This document shows positions 4,870 through 14,174 of a stretch of 47,355 nucleotides of DNA, piece by piece. The stretch is taken from IMG/VR virus record IMGVR_UViG_3300009678_000018, positions 1-47,355 of that record; one strand, written 5' to 3'. A program made the position numbers and the translations under genes. The notes under the pieces are model-generated. The model did not search any database. It saw only the letters and a program-made list of their open reading frames with translations, and was not told the origin of the DNA. This stretch comes from a virus. Numbering within the stretch: the stretch's first letter is position 1; the number at the start of each line of letters is the position of its first letter.

Positions 4870-7152
4870 GTGACGACGACCACGCCGGCTCCGCGCTCCT
4901 CCCCCACCGGAGCGGCGCCCGCCGCAACCGATTACCAGAGCGACGCGGCACAAGCGTTGATGGAGCGGTGTCTCCAGCAGGCGCGGAACGATAGTGCGCG
5001 CAAAGCGCGCGATCGCGCGGACTGGTGGAACCTGCTGATGTACCGCGGCGGTGAGAACCAGTGGAAGGTCTGGGACCGTGCGACCGAGCGGTACGTCGAC
5101 CGCGGCACGGACCCAGCGACCGGCGGCATTCCCGCGCACGTCCCCCGCTGCTGCACCAATCACTTCGCCGTCAAGATCGACGGCATCGCCGCCATCCTCG
5201 ACCAGACGTCGCCGGCGAAAGAGTGTGGACCTGGCGCGGCTGAGGATCGCGATCGCGCCGCGGCCGAAGTCGCGAACGACGCGCTGCCGGTGCTCTTCGA
5301 GGAAATCGGCTACGAGGACGACCGGTCGCAGATTCACAAGCTCGTCACGCTCACCGACCGTGTCGGCTATGTCCTGTACTGCGACAACGACGAGAAGTAC
5401 GGGACCGACCACATTCCCGCGCTGCAGTGCCAGGCGTGCGGAGAGTTCGCCGGGCCGGCAGAGCTGACGGACGACGACACGTGCCCGCACTGCGGCAAGG
5501 GCCCGATGGTGCCCGCGCAGCATCCGCAGACGGGCGAGCTCCTTGCCTACGAATATCCGAAAGGCCGGCTCTGCGGCAGCATCGCGACGAGCTTCGAGCT
5601 CTCGACGCCGCCCAACTCACGCACGACCGACACGCGCAAGCTGCCGTGGGTCTTGCGCCACCGCCGCACGCCGCGCGAGGAAGTGCTCGCCCGCTGGCCC
5701 GAGCTCCGCGAGAAGCTCACCGACGAGGGCACGAACGATCAGAACAACGCCGCGGGCGCCATGTACGCCGATGCGCTCGCCGGCCTGGTGGCGCCGCTCG
5801 GCAACGACGGGCGGCCCGCCGGCGCGTCGGGCTTGTGGGTCGCCGAGCTCTGGCACGACCCGATCGACGACGGCGAGCTGAAGTTTCCGCAAGGCCTGTA
5901 TCGCGTGATGGTGGGGGACCACGTCGCGCACTCCGGCCCGCTCGAGTACGTCGACGACGACGGCCGCCCGTTCAAGAACGTCCTCATTCGCACCTTCGCG
6001 ACGGCGCCCGGCGGCGGCGGCAAGCCGCCCGGGGACGACCTCGCGCCGATCCAGGTGCAGCATAACGTCGTCGAGAGCTTGATCGACCTGGCGACGATGA
6101 ACTACGCCGCCGGGAAAGACTACATCCCGCTCTCGGTCACCCTCATCGACGAGCCGACCGGCGCCCCCGGCGAGCGCATCCGCTACAAGTCGAACATCCC
6201 CGGCGAAGTCCCGACACACGTTGAGGGTAAGTCGCCGGCGGCCGGGCTCTTCGAACGCTTGAAGCAGCTCGAGGAAGCGATGGACTCGGTCTCGCGCCTC
6301 AACGCGGTCCTCGCCGGCGAGCGCCCTGAGGGTGATCCGACGCTGGGCGAAGTGCAACGGTTGGACGAGAACGGCATGCGCGCGTTCCGCGCCCCGCTCG
6401 ACGAGCTCGTGCGCTGGGAGAAGCAGGCCGCGCTCATGTGCCTGCGCATCGCGCGGCAGACGTCGTGGTCGGAGCGCTTCGCCGTCATCCGAGGCGAAAA
6501 CGGCGGTTGGGAAGTGGACGCGTTCATCGGCGCCGACCTCGATGGGCGCGTCGACATCTTCATCGATAAGGCGTCGGCCTGGCCGAAGTCGCCCATGCTT
6601 GAGTCGCTCCGTCTCAAAGAAGGCTTCGAGACGGGCCTCCTGCCGTCGCCGGCCGCGGCCGATCCCGAGCTCGCCGGCAAGCTCCTGTCCGCGCTCGACC
6701 TGGCGAAGTTCAAGCCGTCGCTCGATGGCGTGAAGAAGCACATCGCGCGCGAGCTCGACCGCTGGAAGAAGGCCACCGACCCGGCCGAGATCACGCCGCC
6801 GGATCCACTCATCCTCGGACCGCAGGCGATGGCGCTGCACCTGGCGCTCAAGCGCGCGTTCATGGTGACGGAAGAAGCCGAAGCGATGGCGGCGGACCCG
6901 GCGCGTCAGCCGGTCTACATGGCGATGCGCGCGCACCTCGAGCAGCTCCAACTGCTCTTGACGCCGCAACCGATGCCGGCGCCGGGCGACGGCGACGTGC
7001 TCGGCCAGGCCGTCGCGTCCGGCGCGCTGAAGCCGGTCAGTGAAGACAAAGGCTCGAATGTGGGCGAGCTGGTGCGAAGTGGCGCGTTGCGCCCCGCGCC
7101 GGACCCGCCCGCCGCTCAAGGGACGGCGCGACCCGCGCGAGGCGTGCATTGA
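4870..7152 (+). CDS. Portal protein (putative), with a CxxC...CxxC insertion
   Basis: 760 aa, GTG start, located between terminase and scaffold/capsid genes. The size suits a podovirus portal. The call rests on position and size only. Confidence 0.6.
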   Translation: MTTTTPAPRSSPTGAAPAATDYQSDAAQALMERCLQQARNDSARKARDRADWWNLLMYRGGENQWKVWDRATERYVDRGTDPATGGIPAHVPRCCTNHFAVKIDGIAAILDQTSPAKECGPGAAEDRDRAAAEVANDALPVLFEEIGYEDDRSQIHKLVTLTDRVGYVLYCDNDEKYGTDHIPALQCQACGEFAGPAELTDDDTCPHCGKGPMVPAQHPQTGELLAYEYPKGRLCGSIATSFELSTPPNSRTTDTRKLPWVLRHRRTPREEVLARWPELREKLTDEGTNDQNNAAGAMYADALAGLVAPLGNDGRPAGASGLWVAELWHDPIDDGELKFPQGLYRVMVGDHVAHSGPLEYVDDDGRPFKNVLIRTFATAPGGGGKPPGDDLAPIQVQHNVVESLIDLATMNYAAGKDYIPLSVTLIDEPTGAPGERIRYKSNIPGEVPTHVEGKSPAAGLFERLKQLEEAMDSVSRLNAVLAGERPEGDPTLGEVQRLDENGMRAFRAPLDELVRWEKQAALMCLRIARQTSWSERFAVIRGENGGWEVDAFIGADLDGRVDIFIDKASAWPKSPMLESLRLKEGFETGLLPSPAAADPELAGKLLSALDLAKFKPSLDGVKKHIARELDRWKKATDPAEITPPDPLILGPQAMALHLALKRAFMVTEEAEAMAADPARQPVYMAMRAHLEQLQLLLTPQPMPAPGDGDVLGQAVASGALKPVSEDKGSNVGELVRSGALRPAPDPPAAQGTARPARGVH

Positions 7153-7206
7153 TGGCTTGCCCTGCCCACGCCGTGTGTCGTCCGTTGCGCCCGTCCCTTG
7201 AGCGGC
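7111..7206 (+). promoter_or_regulatory. Long-range stem-loop spanning the portal stop codon
   Basis: gccgctcaagggacgg (7111-7126) is the perfect reverse complement of ccgtcccttgagcggc (7191-7206), extendable by 4 bp with one bulge. An inner hairpin, ggcgtg (7141-46) / cacgcc (7167-72), carries the inverted motif copy in its loop. Confidence 0.6.
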
Positions 7207-7225
7207 GATTGCTTGGAGGCGAGTG

Positions 7226-8278
7226 ATGCACGTCAATCGAATTCTGTCGTCGTGTGTGCCGTGGGTGGGGGTCCTGTGGGATGCCCCGAACGCTGACGGT
7301 GGCGCAGGCGGCGCGGGCTCGACCGGTAGCGAGGCGCCCTCGACGGGCGCGGACGGCTCTGCCGGCGCGGACGGCACAGATGCGGAGGGTAGTGCGGCTG
7401 GTGGACGCCAGCCCGCCGACGCTCAAGGCGCTGCGGCCACTGCGGAAGAGACGATCGACGACCTGCTGGACGCGGAGGACGATCCGCTCAGTCCGCTCGA
7501 CTCGCGCTTGAAGGCCGTCAGTGGCCGCAACAAAAAGCTCGGGCGGAAAGTGCGCGCGTGGCAGCCGATCATCGAGCGTGTCAAGGATCTCGATCTCGAC
7601 ACCACGCTGCGCGAAGCGCAGGCGTATCGCGAGCTGCAGGAGCTCGCGAGCACGGGCGACCCCGGTGCTCGCCGCCGCCTGGCGCAGCTCGTCGGCCTCG
7701 ACGACTACACCCCGGCCGACCGCGCCGCGGCGACAACCGACGAGACGCCCGACCCGATTGACTTGAAGAATCTGCCCTTCGAACCCAAAGAGAACGACGG
7801 CAACGCGTTCATTTATCGGCTCGCCGAGACCGTGAACGCACAAGCCCGCGAGCTCCGTGCGCTCAAGGCCGGCGTCGACGCGGGCGAGAAGCGCTCGGCG
7901 CAGACCGCCGCCACGATGCGCAAGCAGACGTGGGGCGACAAGCTCGGCGCTGCGCTGGGCCAGATTCAGGACCCGGGCATCAAGATGTTACTCAAGGACG
8001 CCGTGTACGGCGCCTTCCGGGACAACGAAGCGCGCATCGCGCGCGGCGAGCGGCCGTACGCGGTCGACTTCATTCTCAATCGGTATCTCAAGCAGGTCGG
8101 GGCCTCGAAGGACACGCAGCAGCGCGCGCGCGACGCCGTGCGCCAAACGACCGCCCAAAAAACCGCCAGTCTCACAAAACCCGTCTCGACCACCACGAGC
8201 GCCCCTGCCACGGCCGCCGGCGACAAGAAGTTCGGCCTCGCCGAGGCGCGCGCTCGGATTACGTCGATGGCGGGGTGA
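7226..8278 (+). CDS. Scaffolding protein (putative)
   Basis: GGAGG at 7215-7219, then ATG 7226. Low-complexity Gly/Ala/Ser/Asp N-terminus and a charged helical remainder. Located between the portal and major capsid genes. Confidence 0.5.
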   Translation: MHVNRILSSCVPWVGVLWDAPNADGGAGGAGSTGSEAPSTGADGSAGADGTDAEGSAAGGRQPADAQGAAATAEETIDDLLDAEDDPLSPLDSRLKAVSGRNKKLGRKVRAWQPIIERVKDLDLDTTLREAQAYRELQELASTGDPGARRRLAQLVGLDDYTPADRAAATTDETPDPIDLKNLPFEPKENDGNAFIYRLAETVNAQARELRALKAGVDAGEKRSAQTAATMRKQTWGDKLGAALGQIQDPGIKMLLKDAVYGAFRDNEARIARGERPYAVDFILNRYLKQVGASKDTQQRARDAVRQTTAQKTASLTKPVSTTTSAPATAAGDKKFGLAEARARITSMAG

Positions 8279-8297
8279 GCCGGCCACAGGAGTCACC

Positions 8298-9668
8298 ATG
8301 TTGCATCGTTCCCAGGGAATGCTCGCCGCCCTCGCCGCGCTCGTCGCGTCGAGCCTCGAGCGCCAGCACATGCCCGGCGCGGACCCGACGTCGTGGGGTC
8401 CGAACCTCAAAGAAACGTACGACACCGCGTTCCGCAACCAGCTCAGCGAGGACCACATCGTTGAGTCCTTCATGCGCTCCGACACGAAATCGGAGAAGTG
8501 GGAAGGCAAGGAACGCGTCATCCCCAACAAGATCGGGCGCAACCACTCCAGCGCGTCGATCGGCGTCGGCGGCCGGCTGCCGCAGGCCGGGCGCCAGCAG
8601 TGGAAGGAATACCGCGTCGGGGCGCGGGACACGTACACGCGCGTCGGCTTCGAGCGGTACGTCATGGAGCAGACGAAGAACAAGAAGGGCGCCTTCGCTG
8701 AGGTCGTCGCGACCGAAATGGAGCTCGCCTACGAGGATCTGCTCTTCCACCGCAACCGCGTCATGTGGGGCACGGGCTCGGGCGTCCTCGCGCTCGTCAA
8801 CGGCGCGCACGTCGCCACGACCACGCTCGAGCTCAAGGCGCCGGGCAACATCACCGGCACCATCCTCGCGAACCGGTACCTGCACGGCACGACCGACGGT
8901 GGCATGTTCATCGCGATCGTCACGTCGGGCGGGGTGATCGAGGGGACCGCGTTCGTCGAGGGCGCCAACGCGGACGGCACCGACGTCACGCTCGGCACCG
9001 CCGTGACCTGCAGCGACAACTCGCGCGTCGTGGTGGCCACGGCGCCCGATCGGCACTCGCTCGACAAGGAGCCCGAGGGCCTGCTCGCCGGCATCGACGA
9101 CAGCACGTTCGTCGCGACGTACCACGACATGTCGCGCACGACCTACCCGTCGATCAAATCGACCGTCATCACCGGCGTCGGCTCGTTCTCCTTCGATGCA
9201 ATTCAGCAGGGCATCGACGCGCAGATGATCCGCACCGGGAAGACGATCGACTTCTTCCTCTGCGAGTTCGCGGTGCGCCGCGCGTACCTACAACTCCTCG
9301 AACAGGACCGCCGCTACACCGGCGCCGACCTGATGTCGCCTGATGGCGGCACGAAAGTCGTCAAGAACCCGGCCAAGAAGATCGGGGCGAACCGGAAAGC
9401 GATCACGTTCGGGGACCTGCCGATGTTCGAGGACCGCGACGCGCCGTTCGCGATGCTCTTCGGCGTCAACAAGGAAAGCTGGACGCGCTTCGTGCTCGCC
9501 GAGGGCGAATGGGACGACACGGACGGCAAGGTCATGAAGTGGGTGCAGGAGTTCGACCAGTGGACCGCGTTCTACCGGATGATGGACAACTTCCACTGTC
9601 AGTACCCGAATCGCAACATCCGCTGGGAAGGGATCGACGTCGACCAGATCCTCGTCCGCGCGGCCTGA
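8298..9668 (+). CDS. Major capsid protein (putative)
   Basis: AGGAG at 8288-8292, then ATG 8298. 456 aa, directly after the scaffold gene and followed by a strong hairpin. No family motif verified. Confidence 0.6.
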   Translation: MLHRSQGMLAALAALVASSLERQHMPGADPTSWGPNLKETYDTAFRNQLSEDHIVESFMRSDTKSEKWEGKERVIPNKIGRNHSSASIGVGGRLPQAGRQQWKEYRVGARDTYTRVGFERYVMEQTKNKKGAFAEVVATEMELAYEDLLFHRNRVMWGTGSGVLALVNGAHVATTTLELKAPGNITGTILANRYLHGTTDGGMFIAIVTSGGVIEGTAFVEGANADGTDVTLGTAVTCSDNSRVVVATAPDRHSLDKEPEGLLAGIDDSTFVATYHDMSRTTYPSIKSTVITGVGSFSFDAIQQGIDAQMIRTGKTIDFFLCEFAVRRAYLQLLEQDRRYTGADLMSPDGGTKVVKNPAKKIGANRKAITFGDLPMFEDRDAPFAMLFGVNKESWTRFVLAEGEWDDTDGKVMKWVQEFDQWTAFYRMMDNFHCQYPNRNIRWEGIDVDQILVRAA

Positions 9669-9685
9669 GATCTTACCCCGCACCG

Positions 9686-9717
9686 GCGCCGGCGAGCAGA
9701 CCACCGCTCGCCGGCGC
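9686..9717 (+). terminator. GC-rich stem-loop after the capsid gene (12-bp perfect stem, 8-nt loop, no U-tract)
   Basis: gcgccggcgagc (9686-9697) agaccacc gctcgccggcgc (9706-9717). Confidence 0.45.
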
Positions 9718-9737
9718 GCGGATGACTGAGAGGAGTT

Positions 9738-10343
9738 ATGGGACACAGCTACCAACTACCCGATCTGCCGTCCGGGACGCCGATTCAATCGCTAGCGCCG
9801 ACCGACCTGCCGTCCGACCAACTCACGCCCGATCGCATCGTGCGGTGCATCAACCGCGGCCGCGACGTGCTCGAGGTCCAGTTCGACTCGCGGCACTTTC
9901 ACATCGAGCCGGGCTACTTCGAATGCACGTACGCCCAGGCCCAACACTTCAAGTCGCACCTGATCGTGCCCGGCACGCGCGATCGCCACGCGCACGAGCG
10001 CGTCGTGAGCTGGATCGGGATCCTCGGCATCGACAGGCCGGAGCGCTGCACGCCGTTCACCGACGAGGAGCTCGCGTTCTACGGCCAGCAGGTCGAGGGG
10101 CTCGATCGCGGGACGTCCGACTTCGAGGACGAGCGTGAGGTCGAGCGCGTCGACCTGCGCGGCCGCGCCAGCAACACCCGGCACCGTCCGCGCACGTCGC
10201 CGAAAGGCGCGCTCGATGCACAGATCGACCGCCAGGCGACGCCCGAGGCGAAGCAGGCGGCCGCCACCGCCTTCAAACCCCCGCGCGCGTCGGACGCCGA
10301 GCGCGAGGCCGTCGAACACGCCCGGGAGCGCTCGCGAGGCTGA
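9738..10343 (+). CDS. Hypothetical virion-module protein
   Basis: GAGAGGAG precedes ATG 9738. 201 aa. No family recognised. Confidence 0.55.
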   Translation: MGHSYQLPDLPSGTPIQSLAPTDLPSDQLTPDRIVRCINRGRDVLEVQFDSRHFHIEPGYFECTYAQAQHFKSHLIVPGTRDRHAHERVVSWIGILGIDRPERCTPFTDEELAFYGQQVEGLDRGTSDFEDEREVERVDLRGRASNTRHRPRTSPKGALDAQIDRQATPEAKQAAATAFKPPRASDAEREAVEHARERSRG

Positions 10344-10344
10344 C

Positions 10345-10941
10345 ATGGCGAGCCCGCACGTCCCGCTGCCTCGTGCGCTCCGCGTCCCGGCGCTGTACGG
10401 CTATGCGCCCGGGTACCTCGAGCTGCACGACCCCGATCTCCGGTTGCGCAAGAGCATCGACCGGCCAGGGACGTTCGTGCTCGAGCGGCGAGTGCGACGG
10501 GCGCCAGCGATTCGGATCGGGTTACCGAACGGGTCCGACATCCACGTGCAGGCACGCGACGGCTACCTGCACGTCGGCCGGGTGCATGTGAGCTGGCTCC
10601 TGCGGCCGTGGAACATCATCCGCGCGCTGAAACAGCAGGGCGGCGACCTGTGGGCCGAAGGCGGCGCGAAGAAGTTCGACGACGCCGACCAGTACGAGCA
10701 GGCCTGGCTTAAGGAGAACCGCCGGCGCCACACGCGTGAAAACTTCCGGGCGCTGGCGCGCGAGATGTTCGACGACATGGACCGCCAGGGCAGCCCGGAG
10801 GGTCGCACGGAACGCACGCGCATCAGCAACGTCGGCCTGCCGCCGCGCGTCACGCGGCAGCAGCGACGGTCCGCGCAGCGCGCGGGCGCCAAAGCGAAGA
10901 AGCAAGCCGCTCGGTGGAACCGCGCCACCCTCCGAGCGTGA
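10345..10941 (+). CDS. Hypothetical virion-module protein with a basic C-terminus
   Basis: ATG 10345 lies 1 nt after the previous stop, in frame with track ORF 10135..10941 (MASPHVPLPRAL...). Confidence 0.55.
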   Translation: MASPHVPLPRALRVPALYGYAPGYLELHDPDLRLRKSIDRPGTFVLERRVRRAPAIRIGLPNGSDIHVQARDGYLHVGRVHVSWLLRPWNIIRALKQQGGDLWAEGGAKKFDDADQYEQAWLKENRRRHTRENFRALAREMFDDMDRQGSPEGRTERTRISNVGLPPRVTRQQRRSAQRAGAKAKKQAARWNRATLRA

Positions 10942-10969
10942 TTGGGCGCAGGCAAGGGGAGATCCCGGA

Positions 10970-11350
10970 ATGAGCAGCCGCCTTCGACAACGCGTCGTCA
11001 CCAAAACCGCCGACTACACCATCGTCGATGAGTGGGCCGGCACGCTGTTCACCAACCGCGGCGCCGCGGGCGCCGTGGTGTTCACGCTGCCAACGCCGGC
11101 CAAGTCGCGCCTCGGCGACTGGTACGAGTTCCACAGCGTCGTCGCGCAAGACCTGACCGTGGCCGGCCGGACCGCGGGCGACGTGCTCGCGCTGAACGAC
11201 GTGACCGCGAACAGCCTCGCGGCCTCGACCAACAACGAGAAGATCGGCGCCCGCATCCGCGTGCAGTGCATCGAGACGAGCGCCGCCGGCGTCTACAAGT
11301 GGGCCGCGTCAGGCATCGCGGTCGGCCACACGTACACCATCGCCACGTAA
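10970..11350 (+). CDS. Small beta-rich virion protein (possible head decoration or head-tail protein)
   Basis: GGGGAGATCC precedes ATG 10970. 126 aa (MSSRLRQRVVTKTADYTIVDEWAGTLFTN...). Confidence 0.5.
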   Translation: MSSRLRQRVVTKTADYTIVDEWAGTLFTNRGAAGAVVFTLPTPAKSRLGDWYEFHSVVAQDLTVAGRTAGDVLALNDVTANSLAASTNNEKIGARIRVQCIETSAAGVYKWAASGIAVGHTYTIAT

Positions 11351-11389
11351 GCACTGTGACGCCGGAGCGTCACAAAGGGAGATCCTGAC

Positions 11390-11929
11390 ATGCGATTCGC
11401 AGAACACGACACACTGATGAAGAACCTCAAGGCGCTCGGCATGGCCGACGAGTATCTCGGCCTGGTCGCCGGCGCGCTCGTCGACACCGTGGCCACGGCC
11501 TCGGGCGCGGTGCAGAACACCAATTACACGGTCAACAGCGTCACGGTGCCCGCCGGGTTCTTCGGTAAAATCAAGCGCGGCTGCCTGATTTTCGCGTGGG
11601 GCACGACCGCGGCCAACGCCAACGCCAAAAACATCCGCATCCTGCTCGGCACGACCGAGATCACCATCGTGACCGGCACGACCGCCAACGCGAAGGACTA
11701 CTCCGTCGCGCTGCTCGTGCTGCGCACGGCGGTCGACACCCAGATCGTCGCGCCGATTGCGGTGCTCGTCGACGGCGCCGTGGTGGCGGCCTCGGGCATC
11801 CTCGACGCCGGCGCGGAAGATGATGCCGTCGCGATGGCCATCTCGGTCACGCTCGCGAACACCGCCGCGGCCGCGGCTTCCGGTACCGGCAAGGGGCTCG
11901 TCGTGATCCCGTTCGGCCAGGTCACCTAA
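11390..11929 (+). CDS. Hypothetical Ala/Thr/Val-rich structural protein
   Basis: GGGAGATCC precedes ATG 11390. 179 aa, followed by a strong hairpin. Confidence 0.55.
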   Translation: MRFAEHDTLMKNLKALGMADEYLGLVAGALVDTVATASGAVQNTNYTVNSVTVPAGFFGKIKRGCLIFAWGTTAANANAKNIRILLGTTEITIVTGTTANAKDYSVALLVLRTAVDTQIVAPIAVLVDGAVVAASGILDAGAEDDAVAMAISVTLANTAAAAASGTGKGLVVIPFGQVT

Positions 11930-11954
11930 AGCGCACCGCCTGACGCCCGGTTAC

Positions 11955-11981
11955 GCGCCGCCGGTATCTGCCCGGCGGCGC
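11955..11981 (+). terminator. GC-rich stem-loop (10-bp perfect stem, 7-nt loop)
   Basis: gcgccgccgg (11955-64) tatctgc ccggcggcgc (11972-81). Confidence 0.4.
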
Positions 11982-12009
11982 GCGCCGCGCGAAGCGCGAG
12001 GGAGGTCAC

Positions 12010-12300
12010 ATGGCACGACTGAACGGCGCGACGAAGATCAACGCCCCGTACCGCGTCACGGTGGGTGTGGCCGCGGTCCAGCTCACGAGCAACGGCACCG
12101 TGCATGGGCAGCTCATCAAAGCCCTGTGCCCGGGCCAGACCATCTACATCGGCCGGACGTCGGCGGTCACCACGTTGACCGGCTACCCGTTGGCTGACAT
12201 GGAAACTCTCACGCTCGAGGTGGCCGATGTCTCAGAACTCTGGGCGATTGCGGACGCGGCGGCTCAAGAAGTCGCGATCCTGCCGTACAAGTACCTCTAG
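12010..12300 (+). CDS. Small hypothetical structural protein
   Basis: GAGGGAGG precedes ATG 12010. 96 aa. Confidence 0.55.
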   Translation: MARLNGATKINAPYRVTVGVAAVQLTSNGTVHGQLIKALCPGQTIYIGRTSAVTTLTGYPLADMETLTLEVADVSELWAIADAAAQEVAILPYKYL

Positions 12301-14170
12301 CCTGCTGCTCGCGGTCCTGCTGGCCCTCGCGGCGCCGGCGGCCGCGCAGGTCACACCGGGGAACCCGCCGTCGAGTATTCCGCGCGGCGCGTCCCTGCCG
12401 GCGACGTGCGCGGTCGGCCAGGTCTTCTCAAAGACGGCCGCGACGATCGGGCTCTACTTCTGCACGGCCACGAACACGTGGACCCTGCTCGAGGCCGGCG
12501 CCGGCGCCGGCGATGCGCTCGTCGGCGATCCCCTCTCGCAGTTCGCGGCCACGACGCTCGCGCAGTTCTTTGGGGTACTCAGTAACGAAGCGACGGGGCT
12601 GGAGACCTTCGCGGGGACGCCGAGCCTGGCGAACTTCTGCACGCTCCTGACCGGCGAGGGCACGGGGGTCTGCACCGCGCTCGGGATCAACGTGGGCAGC
12701 GCGGGCGCCGTTGTGGTGCTCGACGGGGCCGGCGGGACGCCGTCGTCGCTCACGCTCACTAACGGCATCGGGCTTCCGCTGTCGACGGGCGTCGCGGGCG
12801 ATCTGCCCTTCGCGAACCTCACGCAGGGCGCGGCGCTCTCCGTGCTCGGCGTCGCCGGCAACGCGACCGCGGACGTCGCCGCGATCGCGGCCGCATCCGA
12901 CCATCAGGTCATGCGGCGCTCTGGCACGGCGATCGCGTTCGGCGCCGTCAACTTGGCGAGCTCGGCGGCGGTGACGGGCAACCTGCCGGTCGCGAACCTC
13001 AACAGCGGCACGAGCGCCTCAAGCGCGACGTTCTGGCGCGGCGACGGCACGTGGGCGACTCCGGCTGGTAGCGGCGACGTCCTGCTGTCTGGCACGCCAG
13101 CAGAAGACGACTTGATGTGCAAGCACGCCAGTGCGAACACGATCGTTAGCTGCGGCGTCAATCTCTCGGAGCTTGTCGAGATCACCGATCCGGGCTTCGA
13201 TGCGTTGATCGGCTGGGATGATTCGGCCGGTGCGGAGGCAATGGCGACGGGGTTCGGGTTCAATGCGAGTTTCGCGCTGGAGACGTTGACGCCCGTCACG
13301 GGCGGGGCGCTGCGCTCCGCGACGAGCGCAGGCAACACGGTCAAGCTCCAGGCGTACGACGTCGATGGCACGGCGTACGCCGACTTCTGCACACTCACCG
13401 CGAACAACACGCCGACGATGAGCTGCACCAATCTCACGCTCGTCACGCCAGCGCTGGGGACGCCCGCGTCTGGGGTGGCCACGAACATCACCGGCCTGCC
13501 GATCGCGACGGGTGTCTCTGGCCTCGGCACGGGCGTCGCGACCGCGCTCGCGGTGAACGTCGGCTCGGCAGGCGCGCTGCTCGTGTTCAACGGCGCGCTC
13601 GGGACGCCGACGTCCGGCACGCTGACGTTGCCGTTTCATGCGGTCTTCCTCGCCGGCAACTGCCAGAACGCCACGGCGGCGTCAGGCGGCAACCTACCGA
13701 CCACGCTCGGCGCGGCTGGGGGATGCCGAGGCACGACGGCGGCATCGGGCGATCCGGCCTATGGCGTCGCGGTGTTCGTCACCGGTGGCAATAACACCGA
13801 ATGGCATGGCAACTTTCCGCTGCCGTCCGACTGGACCGGCGCGATCGACGTCGCCGTCCGATGGGTTGCGAACTCGGCGACCACGAATGACGCGGTGTTT
13901 CAAGTGAAATTCGGCTGCACCGCGAACGGTGAAGCCCCGACGTCGGTCTCGCTGAACAACACAGCCTTCACCGCATCGACGAATGCCGGGAGCCTGCTGC
14001 TGAACACGGCGACTAAAACCGCCATCACGACGACCGGCTGCGCGGCGGGTGAGCACGCCTTTTTCATTCTCGACCTCGACACCGACACGTCCGGCGACAC
14101 GTTGGATGTTGACAAGGAAGTGCTAACCATCGACTTCACCTATCGCCGCGCGGTGGTGATTGGTGGGTAA
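12227..14170 (+). CDS. Tail fibre-like protein with a signal-peptide-like N-terminus
   Basis: GAGGTGG precedes ATG 12227 (74-nt overlap with the previous CDS, and no alternative start downstream). N-terminus RLRTRRLKK..LLLAVLLALAAPAAA|Q. The module NVGSAGAxxVxxGAxGTPxSxTLT occurs twice. FWRGDGTWATP is a motif common in phage fibres. Confidence 0.55.
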   Translation: MSQNSGRLRTRRLKKSRSCRTSTSSLLLAVLLALAAPAAAQVTPGNPPSSIPRGASLPATCAVGQVFSKTAATIGLYFCTATNTWTLLEAGAGAGDALVGDPLSQFAATTLAQFFGVLSNEATGLETFAGTPSLANFCTLLTGEGTGVCTALGINVGSAGAVVVLDGAGGTPSSLTLTNGIGLPLSTGVAGDLPFANLTQGAALSVLGVAGNATADVAAIAAASDHQVMRRSGTAIAFGAVNLASSAAVTGNLPVANLNSGTSASSATFWRGDGTWATPAGSGDVLLSGTPAEDDLMCKHASANTIVSCGVNLSELVEITDPGFDALIGWDDSAGAEAMATGFGFNASFALETLTPVTGGALRSATSAGNTVKLQAYDVDGTAYADFCTLTANNTPTMSCTNLTLVTPALGTPASGVATNITGLPIATGVSGLGTGVATALAVNVGSAGALLVFNGALGTPTSGTLTLPFHAVFLAGNCQNATAASGGNLPTTLGAAGGCRGTTAASGDPAYGVAVFVTGGNNTEWHGNFPLPSDWTGAIDVAVRWVANSATTNDAVFQVKFGCTANGEAPTSVSLNNTAFTASTNAGSLLLNTATKTAITTTGCAAGEHAFFILDLDTDTSGDTLDVDKEVLTIDFTYRRAVVIGG

Positions 14171-14174
14171 CGGA

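Noticed and set aside
10956-10966. Recurrent GGGAGATCC upstream of several starts (about 2708, 10956, 11376 and 42810), considered as a special regulatory motif.
   Set aside because: It is at Shine-Dalgarno distance in three of four cases and contains GGAG. It is most simply a preferred RBS context.
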